Shown one piece after another: positions 10,101 to 20,100 of a DNA stretch of 56,586 nt. Positions within the stretch are counted from its first letter, which is position 1, and every line of letters starts with the position of its first letter. A model generated the notes under the pieces. It was not told the origin of the DNA. It searched no databases and saw only the letters and a program-made list of their open reading frames with translations. This DNA is from Candidatus Mediterraneibacter tabaqchaliae (lineage in GTDB: Bacteria > Bacillota > Clostridia > Lachnospirales > Lachnospiraceae), in the NCBI GenBank assembly GCA_019120595.1, contig DWUV01000073.1, positions 1 through 56,586 on the forward strand, in the 5' to 3' direction. Both the position numbers and the translations under genes were made by a program.

Positions 10101-12076
10101 AGGAAGGGGCAGGACAGGCAGAGTATTCAAGCGCACAGACAGCCCTCGAAGCGGCTTCGGCAGCGCTGACAGGACTCGCGGAGCGTCTGGTGGTGAACTT
10201 TACGCCGGGGACAGGTGCCGTTTCAGCAGGACAGGAGATCACGCTGTCCAGTGAGTTTGACGATCTTCAGATCCGCTACACAACAGACGGAAATGACCCG
10301 ATCTATTTCTCGGCATTATATGAAGGCACGATCACAATGACCGGGGACAAGATGACAGTCAAGGCGGCGCTGTACAGCGGGACACGCCGGATGAGCGAAG
10401 TCTTTACCAGCGTATATGACGCAGGCGGAGAACGCCAGAACCTGGCGGTAACAGCGACGGATGTCGCTACATCGTCTGATTATGACAGCGCGCACGACGG
10501 ATGGAAGGCTGTGGACGGAAACAAGAATGAGCCGAGCAGATGGGCGACTCCGGACGGTACTTATGAAGCATGGCTGGAGCTTACATTCGCAGAACCTGTT
10601 ACAGTAGATGGCGCGGGTGTATATCAGTACAATCAGAGAACATCTGATAGAAATATTATCACGAACTTTAACATCGAATACTGGGACGGCGAACAGTGGA
10701 TCCCGGCTCTGGAAGGACAGTCTATGGGAGACGGCGGAATGGACCGCGAATGGACCGGAAACTTTGAGGCAGTGACATCTGACAGATTCCGCCTCAACAT
10801 CGTGGAAGGCGTGAACCCGACAGTCTATGAGTTCGAGCTGTACAAGCCGGAAGAAACACAGACTGTGGAGACAGACAAGACTCTGCTCCAGGGAGCGATC
10901 GCAGAAGCGGAAGAGGCGATCGAAAGCGGACAGGTGGACGCTGCGGACGCAGACCTGCGGGAAAGCTTTACGGCGGTTTATGATTACGCGCTGGCGGTCA
11001 ATGAGAATGCGGCGTCATCCCAGGATACCATTGACCGGACATACAATGCTCTGACAGAGGAGATCAGGAAACTTGACGAGGCAGTGAAACCGGTCAGCAA
11101 GACAATCCTGGAATTTTATCTGAACGAGGCGAAAGCCCTGGTGGAAGACGGCACTGTGAGCGGGCTTGTAGAGTCTGTGCAGAAGCTGTTTGACGAAGCG
11201 ATCGCAGAAGGCGAAGCAGTGATGGCGAAAGAATATGCGACCAGAGATGAAGTGCTCCAGGCAGCGGCGAAGCTGATGTACGCTGTGCAGGCGCAGGGCA
11301 TGCTTGCCGGCGATAAGACGGACCTTGAGATGGCAATAGAACTCGCCGGTATGATCGACCTGACACAGTATGTTGAGGCCGGACAGGCAGAATTTACAGC
11401 GGCCCTGGCAAAAGCGAACGAGGTGATGGAAGACGGAGACGCTTTCCAGGAGGATGTGGACACCGCATGGAACGCGCTTACGGAAGCAATCCTCAACCTC
11501 AGGCTGAAAGCGGACAAATCTGTGCTTGAAGACCTGATCAGCCAGACCGCGCACCTTGACCTGAGCAGCTATACAGAGGAGTCAGTGGTTACATTCCGCG
11601 CGGCATTCGCGGCGGCGAAAACCGTCCTTTTGGACGAGAGCCTGTCCGTGGACAACCAGGCGGAAGTGGATGAGGCTGTGACAGCGCTCCAGGCCGCTTA
11701 TGACGGACTTGAGAAGGTACAGGCTGAGCCGGAGGATCCGGACGCAGAAAATCCGGACGCGGAGAATCCGGATACGGAAAACCCGGATACGGAGAACCCG
11801 GATACAGAAAATCCGGATGGTGACAATGCGGATAACACGCAGAACCCGGACGGCCAGGGAGAAGCGCAGGATCCGAGTGACGCCGGACAGGGAGGAAACG
11901 GCAGCGCAGATAAGAATCATGCCGCAGACACCCAGAACAGCGCGGACAGCGGCAAAGGCGCAGCGGCAGAGAAAGCTGCGAAGACCGGAGACGCGGCACC
12001 GATCGCGGCGGCAGGTATGATGCTCGTGCTTTCCGCTGGTGCGGTGGTCCTGCTTGGCAGAAAGAGATCCCGGTAG
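7109..12076 (+). CDS. Cell-wall-anchored GH95 alpha-L-fucosidase (AfcA-like) with Fn3-associated, F5/8-C and FIVAR-like domains
   Basis: Start moved to ATG 7109 (after AAGGAGGAAAGGAAGC, signal peptide MKRKRVFAAFL). Motifs LVIGNG, FNEKTLW, DFHFNVNVEMNYW, SAEQG, HRHTSQL, HPPYQIDGNYG; AAKTGD tail. Confidence 0.92.
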   Translation: MKRKRVFAAFLSLVLAGQMAFSAIPAYAAGSDEGIRDMAEAGGGEIDPDASNKPMPDGNKLRMWYTSPGERSDWENTSLVIGNGKTGGILFGQVANDQIHFNEKTLWRGGPSESRPNYDGGNRDEAVTEEQLEALRQKMDDHSEAVFPQGTSTTTEVWGDGAGMGQYQDFGDLYLDFSATGMTNDNVENYVRDLDMRTGISSVNYDYEGTHYEREYFASHPDNAVVTRLTASEKGKISFTASVQAASGLTAAASAEGGKITLAGEVNDNQMKCEMQAQIVNEGGTVTDNADGTVTVENADAVTIIYSTDTDYKNEYPVYRTGETAEELNASLAETVDAAAEKSYDDLRSAHVEDYSELFGRVEIDLGGECAQKPINEMMADYRAGNHDHVLEEMVFQFGRYLTIAASREGDELPSNLCGIWMIGSAGSYWGADFHFNVNVEMNYWPAYQTNLAECGSVFTDYMESLVQPGRVTAEKSAAQKTEDVINTPIGEGNGFLVNTQNNPFGCTAPFGSQEYGWNVTGSSWAMQNVYDQYLYTQDKQLLEDTIYPMLKEMTNFWDGFLWWSDYQDRLVVGPSFSAEQGPTVNGTTYDQSLVWELYDMAIDASEELGVDADEREEWKETQSQLNPIIIGEEGQVKEWYEETTTGKAQAGDLPEVSIPNFGAGGSANQGSLHRHTSQLIGLYPGTLINQDTEEWMEAAIRTLEIRDERGSAGEVGPAGTGWSKAHKLNMWARTGNGENTYKLISGMIAGNRNGILDTFLDSHPPYQIDGNYGLTAGISEALIQSQLGYTQFLPAISEAWDEGNVQGLVARGNFVIGMEWSDNSADRFTVTSRSGGTFTGEYDNLGAYTVKTADGETVETTKISDDRISFPTEQGETYVIDFNSTPVKLQAQVDAAKELSAQMTDELLAPAKAVLDACIAESEQVIADEDSSRYSEQTKVLADACVTAQAAAALKDAYRAAEEVSQTVDPNETWETYKAAAAALQDQLAETAAVLAQEGAGQAEYSSAQTALEAASAALTGLAERLVVNFTPGTGAVSAGQEITLSSEFDDLQIRYTTDGNDPIYFSALYEGTITMTGDKMTVKAALYSGTRRMSEVFTSVYDAGGERQNLAVTATDVATSSDYDSAHDGWKAVDGNKNEPSRWATPDGTYEAWLELTFAEPVTVDGAGVYQYNQRTSDRNIITNFNIEYWDGEQWIPALEGQSMGDGGMDREWTGNFEAVTSDRFRLNIVEGVNPTVYEFELYKPEETQTVETDKTLLQGAIAEAEEAIESGQVDAADADLRESFTAVYDYALAVNENAASSQDTIDRTYNALTEEIRKLDEAVKPVSKTILEFYLNEAKALVEDGTVSGLVESVQKLFDEAIAEGEAVMAKEYATRDEVLQAAAKLMYAVQAQGMLAGDKTDLEMAIELAGMIDLTQYVEAGQAEFTAALAKANEVMEDGDAFQEDVDTAWNALTEAILNLRLKADKSVLEDLISQTAHLDLSSYTEESVVTFRAAFAAAKTVLLDESLSVDNQAEVDEAVTALQAAYDGLEKVQAEPEDPDAENPDAENPDTENPDTENPDTENPDGDNADNTQNPDGQGEAQDPSDAGQGGNGSADKNHAADTQNSADSGKGAAAEKAAKTGDAAPIAAAGMMLVLSAGAVVLLGRKRSR
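11096..11715 (+). repeat. Shared C-terminal stalk module, copy 2 of 5
   Basis: SKTILEFYLNEAK...AYDGLEK. Confidence 0.9.
11738..11818 (+). repeat. 15-bp coding tandem repeat (PD[AT]EN x5) in the wall-spanning linker
   Basis: ccggacgcagaaaat / ccggacgcggagaat / ccggatacggaaaac / ccggatacggagaac / ccggatacagaaaat. Confidence 0.9.
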
Positions 12077-12130
12077 AGGGAAGGAGACAGCAGCCGGCCT
12101 GAGATCAGGCTGCTCTCCTGATAACAGAAC

Positions 12131-12169
12131 AAAAAAGCCCCGGGGGCGGATCCGCCTCCGGGGCTTTTT
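12131..12169 (+). terminator. Intrinsic terminator
   Basis: AAAAAAGCCCCGGGGGCGG-AT-CCGCCTCCGGGGCTTTTT. Confidence 0.85.
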
Positions 12170-12220
12170 CTGCCCTGCGGCCGGGTCAGTGAGACTCATA
12201 CCGCAGATCCGGTGAAAAGC

Positions 12221-12282
12221 CGACATATTCTGAAAAAATGTCGGGAAAACACATGGAAAAATAAAAACGGTGCAGATAGAAT
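12221..12282 (+). promoter_or_regulatory. Promoter of GH20 gene with CGACA-N13-TGTCGG putative activator site
   Basis: ATGTCGG at 12238, -10 TAGAAT at 12277-12282. Confidence 0.5.
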
Positions 12283-12347
12283 AAATAATAGCAAAACTGA
12301 CACCGGAACCGCTTTTGGGACCGGCATCAGAGAAGGAGGAGAAAACA

Positions 12348-15300
12348 TTGAAACAGAGTAAAGTGAGGAAGCGTTTCGGTGCGATGGTCCTGACATTTGC
12401 CATGGTCATCGGCACAGCGGCAGGTTTTCCGGCCACCGCGCGCGCCGCGGCAGACGGCAATCTGGCGCTGGGGCAGGACGCGTCAGCGTCCAGTTCTTAT
12501 CCGGACCGGGTGTGGACCCCGGATAAAGCTGTGGACGGAGACACATCAGGAAGCGATTCCAGGTGGAGCTCGAAAAGGGCGACCGGGACCACCAATGATG
12601 ACAACACGGACAAAGGGACAAAGGAGCAGTGGCTGATGGTGGACCTGGGGCAGACGACGCCCGTAGAGCAGGTCGACATTTACTGGGAGGCAGCATTTGC
12701 CACAAAGTATGAGATCCAGAGCTCCATGGACGGGCAGGAATTTGAGACTGCAAAGGAATGCACCGCCTCATCGGCAGGGAAGCAGACCTGGCGGGATCTC
12801 GGCATAGAGGAGGCCCGTTATATCCGCATCTACTGCCTGGAGCCCCAGACGGCAAACTACGGATATTCGATCTACGAGCTGGAAGTCTATGCGCAGAATG
12901 AGATGGGAAGTGCGGAGGATGTGCTGGCGTCTCTTGACGGACAGGCGCCGCAGATCGCAGAGGACGGGAGCAGGCTGATCCTTCCGGAAGTGCCGGAGGG
13001 GTATGAGATCTCTCTCTTCGGGAGCGATAACCAGCAGGTCGTGAGGCTGGACGGCACGGTCATACAGCCTCTGGTGGATATGGATGTGAACCTGCTGTAT
13101 CAGGTGGTAAATACGGAGGATGAGAGTGATGCCGCGGAATCAGAAGCGGATATCAGGATCACCGTCCCGGGACAGTACCAGACAGCAGAGGATGACAACG
13201 CGAAGCCGAATGTGCTCCCCGGCCTGAGAGAGTGGAAGGGCGGAAGCGGAGTCTATACAAGGACAGAAGATTCCCGCATTGTAGTGTCCGATCCTTCCAT
13301 GGATGGGGCAGCTGAGGTGATCAAGACGTATTTTGACCAGATGCTCGATATGGATATCCGGATCGTGAGCGGGACAGAGCCTCAGACCGGGGATGTCTAT
13401 CTCCAGGCAGGCGGTTCTGCGGATGAGCTGGGAGAGGAAGGTTATCTTCTGACGATCGGGGATTATGTGACGGTAACATCGCCGACCGTGACCGGTATGA
13501 CCTACGGCGGCGCGTCCATCACCCAGATCCTGTATCAGGACGAGGGAAGGGACAACGCTCCGAAGGGAACCGCGAGAGATTATCCGAAATATGCGGTGCG
13601 CGCGGGCATGATCGATGTGGGGCGCATGTATATCCCGCTTGAATATCTGGAAGAGATGACTGTGTACATGTCCTGGTTTAAAATGAATGAAACCCATGTA
13701 CATATCAATGACTACTGGTCCGGCTCAGGATACAGCGCATTCCGCCTGGAGAGCGAAGTGTACCCGGAGATCGTGGCTGAGGACGGATATTATACAAAGG
13801 ATGATTACCGCCAGTACCAGAAGGATATGAAGAAGTACGGCATCGACGTGATCACGGAGATCGATACCCCGTATCATGCAGAGTGCTTCCGGGATGTGCC
13901 GGGCGTACAGATGCTGAAGACCGGCTATCTGGATATCACGACAGACGAGGCGAGAGAGGCGAACCAGAAGATCATCGAGAACCTGATCGACGAGTACCTG
14001 GACGGACCGGATCCGGTGATCCAGAGCGAGTATTTCCACATCGGGACGGATGAGTATGACAAGGCGTACGGCGAACAGATGCGGGCATGGACGGATCACT
14101 TTATCAACTATGTCAATGACAAGGGATACCAGACAAGGCTGTGGGGATCTCTCGGCAAAAACGGATTTAACGGGACAACGCCGGTGTCGAACGAGGCGGT
14201 CATGAACCTGTGGGCGCCGTACTGGGCGGATGTCCATGAGATGTATGACGCGGGATATGACATCATCAACACATACGGCGGATGGCTGTACATCGTACCG
14301 TCCGGGAATGCCGGGTATCCGGACCGCCTGAATGTGGAAAACCTGTACAATAATTTTGAGGTAAATAACTTCAAGTCCGGCAGGAATCCTTCCGGCGAGG
14401 CGATCATGCCGGTGGCGCATCCCCAGACAAAGGGAGCGGAATTCTGCCTCTGGAATGATATGACTTCCTTTAAGACCGGATTCTCCTGGTTCGATATGTA
14501 TGACCGTTTCAAGGACGGAGTAGCCCTGGTGGCTGAAAAGACCTGGTTCGGGGAGAAGCAGGAGGATCAGACGTACGAGGAATTCGCGCAGAGAGTGTCA
14601 GCGCTGGAGGACAAAGTGCCGAACGCGAATCCGGGAAGAAATGTGGACAGTGACAGCGGGAATGTGGCTTCCTATGATTTCTCTTCCGACGGAAGCGACA
14701 GCACGGCGAACGGATATGACGCTCAGCTTACGGAAGTCACAGTAGAAAACAGGGCTGCTCAGATTTCGGAAGGCGGATATATCACGCTCCCCTTCGACAG
14801 CATCGGATATCCGTACACAGTGAGCGTGGATATGAAGCTGGATGCGATCGGAGAAAATACAGTCCTTTTCACGGGTGAGGACGGAACTGTTTATGCGGAT
14901 ATCGATGGAACCGGAAAGCTCGGGTTCAAGAGAGGCGCTTATCGGTTCAGTTTTGATTATGAGATGCCTGAGGATGAGTGGGTGACACTGACCTTTGTAT
15001 GCGACCAGAAAGATACGACGCTGTATGTAAACGGCGTCAGCAAGGGTACGGCGAAACTGATGGACGCCACGATCGGAGGCAAGACCCAGCAGAGCGGCAC
15101 CATGATCATGACGTTTGAGAAGATCCTGGGCAGTGCCGCGGGAAGCATTGACGATCTGCAGATCTATAATTATGCAATGTCAGAGGAGGAGGTCAGCGGG
15201 CTTCTCAATATCGCGTCCAGGGATAACCTGGCGTTAAATAAGGAAGTGGAAGTCTCAAGCCTCGAGGTATCTGACGGACGGTTCACCGAAGACCTGGCAG

Positions 15301-16913
15301 TGGACGGGATCGTATCCAGCGATTCCCGCGTGTCTTTCGGCAAGACAGCGGACGAGCAGTGGCTGCTGGTGGACCTTGGAGAAGTAAAGACGATCTCTGC
15401 CTTTGTCCTGAACTATGAGTCCCAGGTGCCGAAGTATAAGATCCAGGTGTCAGAGGACGGAGAGATTTACACCGATGTATACAGTTTTGAAGACCAGTCA
15501 TATGCTTCACTTTCCAAGGCGGCTCCGGGCGTGCAGGAAGTGTCAGTGGATCCGGTGAAGGCGAGATACGTGAAATATGTACAGCTGCAGCGCTGGAAAA
15601 ATACAGGCAACGGGCAGTCATACAGCGGAAGCCTCTATGAGTTTGAGGTATACGCGGCTCCGAACGCAGAGCTCAGGGAATATGCGCAGGCTGCATTGGA
15701 TGAGCTGATGAAGTATGAGGGCGGCACCCACAATGGAAACGTAGAAGAAGGGTTCTACAACAGCTTAAAAGATACACTGGAAAATTATCTGGCGATGACA
15801 GAAGACGGGAAGGAACAGGTCAGCGTATCTGATATGCTGCAGTATAAGCAGGAAGTCCTTGACCGGCAGGCGGAGATCCCGGCGTATGTGCTCACAGTGC
15901 CGCAGGATGCCATCGATGCCTATAATGAAGCGGCGGCGCTGAAGGCAGAGGATTACACAGAGGAAAGCTACCGCGAATTCCAGGAGAAACTGACGCAGAT
16001 CTCGCTGGAAGGCCTGGATACGCCGGAAGCTGTGGATGCGGTGATCAGCGCAGTAGAGGATGCGGTTTCCGTGCTTGTGAAAGCCGAAGAGCCGGAAGAA
16101 CCTTCCGGGGAGACAGGCAAAAAGACTCTGGAATACTTCCTGAACAAAGCGAAAGGCTATGTGGAGGACGGCACAGTCGGCGGGCTGGTGGAATCTATCC
16201 AGAAGATGTTCACGGACGCTATCGCAAAGGGTGAGGCTGTAATGGCGGATGAAAACGCCGCCAGAGAGGAAGTGCTGGATGCGGCGGCTGACCTGATGTT
16301 TGCGGTCCATGCGCTGGATATGAAGGCAGCGGATAAGACAGACCTGGAGATGGCGCTGGATCTTGCGGAGATGATCGACCTGAGCAAATATGCGGAAGCC
16401 GGACAGGCAGAGTACCTCGCGGCGAAGGAAGCGGCTGAGGCAGTGATGGCGGACGGCGACGCGATGCAGCCAGAAACGGATGAAGCATGGAACACCCTTG
16501 TCGAGGCGATGAACGCGCTCCGGCTGAAAGCGGATAAATCCGTGCTGGAGGATCTGATCAGCCAGATGGAAGGCATGGATCTGAGCGGATATACAGAAGA
16601 GAGCGTGACAGTGTTCCGCGCGGCGTTCGCAGCGGCAAATGCAGTGCTTACAGATGAGGCGCTGAGCGTGGACGACCAGGCGAAGGTGGATGAAGCAGTG
16701 AATGCGCTCCAGGCGGCGTATGACGGGCTGGAGAAGACACAGAGCAGTGAGCCGGAGGATCCGGGGACTGGCAGCCAGAACGGAAGCGCAGGAACCGGTG
16801 CAATGAAAGCGGCAAAGACCGGCGACAGCACGCCTGTCGCGGCAGCGGGCATGGCTCTTGTCCTTTCTGCGGGAGCAGCAGTGCTGGTAATGAAAAAGAG
16901 GAGCAGAAGATAA
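12348..16913 (+). CDS. Cell-wall-anchored GH20 beta-N-acetylhexosaminidase / lacto-N-biosidase-like protein with F5/8-C, LamG-like and FIVAR-like domains
   Basis: TTG start at 12348 after AGAAGGAGG; signal peptide; GH20 motifs RDYPKYAVRAGMIDVGR, HIND, EIDTPYH, FHIGTDEY; AAKTGD tail. Confidence 0.9.
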   Translation: MKQSKVRKRFGAMVLTFAMVIGTAAGFPATARAAADGNLALGQDASASSSYPDRVWTPDKAVDGDTSGSDSRWSSKRATGTTNDDNTDKGTKEQWLMVDLGQTTPVEQVDIYWEAAFATKYEIQSSMDGQEFETAKECTASSAGKQTWRDLGIEEARYIRIYCLEPQTANYGYSIYELEVYAQNEMGSAEDVLASLDGQAPQIAEDGSRLILPEVPEGYEISLFGSDNQQVVRLDGTVIQPLVDMDVNLLYQVVNTEDESDAAESEADIRITVPGQYQTAEDDNAKPNVLPGLREWKGGSGVYTRTEDSRIVVSDPSMDGAAEVIKTYFDQMLDMDIRIVSGTEPQTGDVYLQAGGSADELGEEGYLLTIGDYVTVTSPTVTGMTYGGASITQILYQDEGRDNAPKGTARDYPKYAVRAGMIDVGRMYIPLEYLEEMTVYMSWFKMNETHVHINDYWSGSGYSAFRLESEVYPEIVAEDGYYTKDDYRQYQKDMKKYGIDVITEIDTPYHAECFRDVPGVQMLKTGYLDITTDEAREANQKIIENLIDEYLDGPDPVIQSEYFHIGTDEYDKAYGEQMRAWTDHFINYVNDKGYQTRLWGSLGKNGFNGTTPVSNEAVMNLWAPYWADVHEMYDAGYDIINTYGGWLYIVPSGNAGYPDRLNVENLYNNFEVNNFKSGRNPSGEAIMPVAHPQTKGAEFCLWNDMTSFKTGFSWFDMYDRFKDGVALVAEKTWFGEKQEDQTYEEFAQRVSALEDKVPNANPGRNVDSDSGNVASYDFSSDGSDSTANGYDAQLTEVTVENRAAQISEGGYITLPFDSIGYPYTVSVDMKLDAIGENTVLFTGEDGTVYADIDGTGKLGFKRGAYRFSFDYEMPEDEWVTLTFVCDQKDTTLYVNGVSKGTAKLMDATIGGKTQQSGTMIMTFEKILGSAAGSIDDLQIYNYAMSEEEVSGLLNIASRDNLALNKEVEVSSLEVSDGRFTEDLAVDGIVSSDSRVSFGKTADEQWLLVDLGEVKTISAFVLNYESQVPKYKIQVSEDGEIYTDVYSFEDQSYASLSKAAPGVQEVSVDPVKARYVKYVQLQRWKNTGNGQSYSGSLYEFEVYAAPNAELREYAQAALDELMKYEGGTHNGNVEEGFYNSLKDTLENYLAMTEDGKEQVSVSDMLQYKQEVLDRQAEIPAYVLTVPQDAIDAYNEAAALKAEDYTEESYREFQEKLTQISLEGLDTPEAVDAVISAVEDAVSVLVKAEEPEEPSGETGKKTLEYFLNKAKGYVEDGTVGGLVESIQKMFTDAIAKGEAVMADENAAREEVLDAAADLMFAVHALDMKAADKTDLEMALDLAEMIDLSKYAEAGQAEYLAAKEAAEAVMADGDAMQPETDEAWNTLVEAMNALRLKADKSVLEDLISQMEGMDLSGYTEESVTVFRAAFAAANAVLTDEALSVDDQAKVDEAVNALQAAYDGLEKTQSSEPEDPGTGSQNGSAGTGAMKAAKTGDSTPVAAAGMALVLSAGAAVLVMKKRSRR
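16117..16735 (+). repeat. Shared C-terminal stalk module, copy 3 of 5
   Basis: GKKTLEYFLNKAKGYVEDG...AYDGLEK. Confidence 0.9.
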
Positions 16914-16942
16914 GGAAATTTCGAAGATAAAAGGGATCTTGG

Positions 16943-16979
16943 AGCAGTGCGGGCGGAAGTTTCAGTCCGCACTGCTTTT
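16943..16979 (+). terminator. Intrinsic terminator
   Basis: AGCAGTGCGGGC...GTCCGCACTGCT followed by TTT. Confidence 0.75.
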
Positions 16980-17155
16980 GGATCTGCCTGATGAAAAATA
17001 AAATTTACAATAAAAGACAAAATATTACATGCAGAGATTTGATATAATCATATTATACGGTAAAAACTACAGCAGAAAGCTGAACTAAAGGAAGGGGGAA
17101 GATATACCGGGGAAATATTAATAAAGATCACTACCGAAAATGATAAGGAGGAGAA

Positions 17156-20100
17156 ATGATGAAAAGAGGAAAATGTATCGCAGCGTGGCTTCTGACATGC
17201 GCGCTTGTGATCACATCACTTCTGTCCGGCGCCCCGGCGTCTGTGTCCGCAGCGGACGGAGCGGAAGCCGGATTGGTGAATATCGCAGAGAACTGCGATG
17301 TCACTGTGCCGGAGAACGAGAATGGTGTTGCCAATATGTTTGACGGCAATCTGTAGACAATCTGGTCCCCTGTCTATCAGGCGGGCTGGCCGGCAACAGT
17401 AACCTTTAAACTTCCGGCTGAGAATACAAAGCCGGTAGAAAAGATCACGATCGGCTTTAAGGTCGAGAATGCAGCCCAGGAGAACTGGGCGATGGACGTG
17501 AAACTCGGCTATTATGTCAATTCCGTGACAACGGATGAGCTTGTGGCAAAAGAGGTCACGGGGCATAAGTTAAAAGATGAGTTCGTGTTTGAATTCGAGG
17601 AGCCGATCAATGTCTCTCATGTGCTCGTGACGATGTCCAATCCGACGGACGGGGATAAAACAGCTACATTCTGGCCGCAGATCGCAGAGATGGGGATCTA
17701 TGTGGCAGAGGACAGCCAGCAGGAAGATCTTGACAACCTGGCTGCCGGCGCAGCGGTCACATCCTGCGGGGGAAGCGCCGGGACGGCGGCGAACCTGACG
17801 GATAATAACTATGGCAGCCTGTATGTCTTCTATAACGGAGGCATGTCTTCCATTGACGGAGAGGCGTGGGTCCAGGTGGATATGGGGAGAGATGCGGATG
17901 TAAGCTCCCTGGAGATCGCGTTCGAACATCTGGCGTCTGATACCAATAACTTCCAGTTTACATACAGTATTTATGGAATGAGCACATCGGACGAGGAATG
18001 GACGCCTCTTGTGACAGGGGCAAAGGCGGACCGCACTGCAAACAGTGTAAGAGAGCATCTGCTTGGAGTTGACGGCGCTTCCGTGAAGCTGAGCAAGATT
18101 AAGATCGTGATTGATGAGATCACAAGTACGGGCGGGGATCCCTGGCCGGCGATCGCAGAGTTTAAGATTTTCGGTAAGGAGCAGCCCATCGAAGACCCGG
18201 ATAACCTTGCATGGAACAAGCCTGCCCACACAAATACAAACCAGGCGTCAGCAGACCGGATCACAGACGGCAATACAGCGGCAGGCTGGAGCGGCTCTTA
18301 CTATCCGGGGTATGTGGATATCGACCTGGAGGAGAACTACGATATCTCTGATATCGAAGTCTATCTTCCTTCTTCAGGATATTCTCAGTACGATATCTAT
18401 ACCAGTATGGACGGCAGGGATTTTACAAAGCTTCTGAGCAAGACTGACAAAGAGAGTACGCCTGAGGACGGAGACCGGTATGAGGTGGATGTGGAAGCGC
18501 GTATTGTCCGTGTTTATCTGAACTACCAGTCGGCAGGAAGCAATGCGGTGATCAATGAGGTCCGTATCCTGGGTGAGGCGAGCGGCACTCCGATTCAGGA
18601 GAAGCCTGCCATTGAGATCGAAGATTTCGAGGGAAGCAAATATGATGTAGAGATCACGGATGAGATGACGATCCAGGAAGTCCAGGGGATCATCTCACGC
18701 CAGCTGGGCGACGAGTATGTAGACTGGTTTACCTTTGAACTGGCGGAGAACCCGGACGGGACTGGCTATGATTATTATACGCTGACCGAAGAAGACGGGA
18801 AGATCCACATTACCGGAAATGACGGCGTGTCACTTGCTACGGGTCTGAACTATTACCTGAAATATTATCTCAACGTACATATCTCACAGGTAGGAAACCA
18901 GGTGTCTATGCCGGAGAAGGCTGTTTCTCTTAACGGGGAGACTGTTACCCGCGAGACAAAGCTGCCTGTGCGCTATGCATATAACTACTGTACTTTATCC
19001 TACGCAATGGCATTCTGGGGAGAGGAAGAATGGCGCAACGAGCTGGACTGGCTGGCGCTCAACGGCGTGAACACGGTGCTTGACGCGACCGCGCAGGAGG
19101 AAGTATGGCGCCGTTTCCTGATGGAATGCGGCTATACAGAGCAGGAGGCGAAGGACTATATCGCAGGTCCTGCGTATTATGCATGGGCTTACATGGCGAA
19201 TATGTCCGGGTATGGCGGACCGGTCCATGACAGCTGGTTCGTGGACCGGACAGAGCTGGCGAGGGAAAACCAGCTGTCCATGCGCAAGCTGGGCATGCAG
19301 CCGATCCTCCAGGGATACTGCGGCATGGTGCCCACGGATATTGAATCAAAGGATCCTTCCACAAAGGGAAGCGTGATCGCGCAGGGGACCTGGTGCTCCT
19401 TTACAAGACCGAGCATGCTGAATGTGACGTCAGAAGCGTACAGCACATATGCGGAGCGCTTCTACCGGATCCAGAAGGATGTGTTCGGGGATGTGACAGA
19501 CTATTATGCCACAGACCCGTACCATGAAGGCGGTAATCCGGGCGGAGTGGCAGCGGACACTGTAGGAAAGAATGTCCTGGGCGAAATGATGAAGGCGGAC
19601 CCGGACGCTGTATGGGTGATCCAGGCGTGGGGATCCAATCCGACCACCGGCCTGCTCCAGGGAATCGCCCCGAATAAAGAGCACGCGCTGATCCTGGACC
19701 TGTACGCGGAGAAGCAGCCACGCTGGGAGACATTCAACAACAGCCCGGAGTTCAGCGATACGCCATGGGTATACTGTATGCTCAATAACTTCGGAGGACG
19801 CCTGGGGCTTCACGGGCATATTGACAATTTCGTCAATGAGATCCCGAGAGCGCTCAATACGGCGGACTATATGACAGGAATCGGCATCACGCCGGAAGCG
19901 TCAGTGAATAATCCAGTGCTCTATGATCTCTTCTTTGAGACGGTCTGGGCTGAGGATGCGGACAATGTACAGGCGATCGACCTGGATCAGTGGTTCAGGG
20001 ATTACACGACCCGCAGATACGGGGCAGAGAGTGAGAGCGCATACGAAGCGATGCAGATCCTCCATGATACGGTTTACAATCCGGCCCTGAATATGAAGGG

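Noticed and set aside
17354-17356. Genome-wide TAG reassignment or selenocysteine
   Set aside because: TAG ends several normal genes here; Sec uses TGA; the position is a variable residue in a CBM-like domain.
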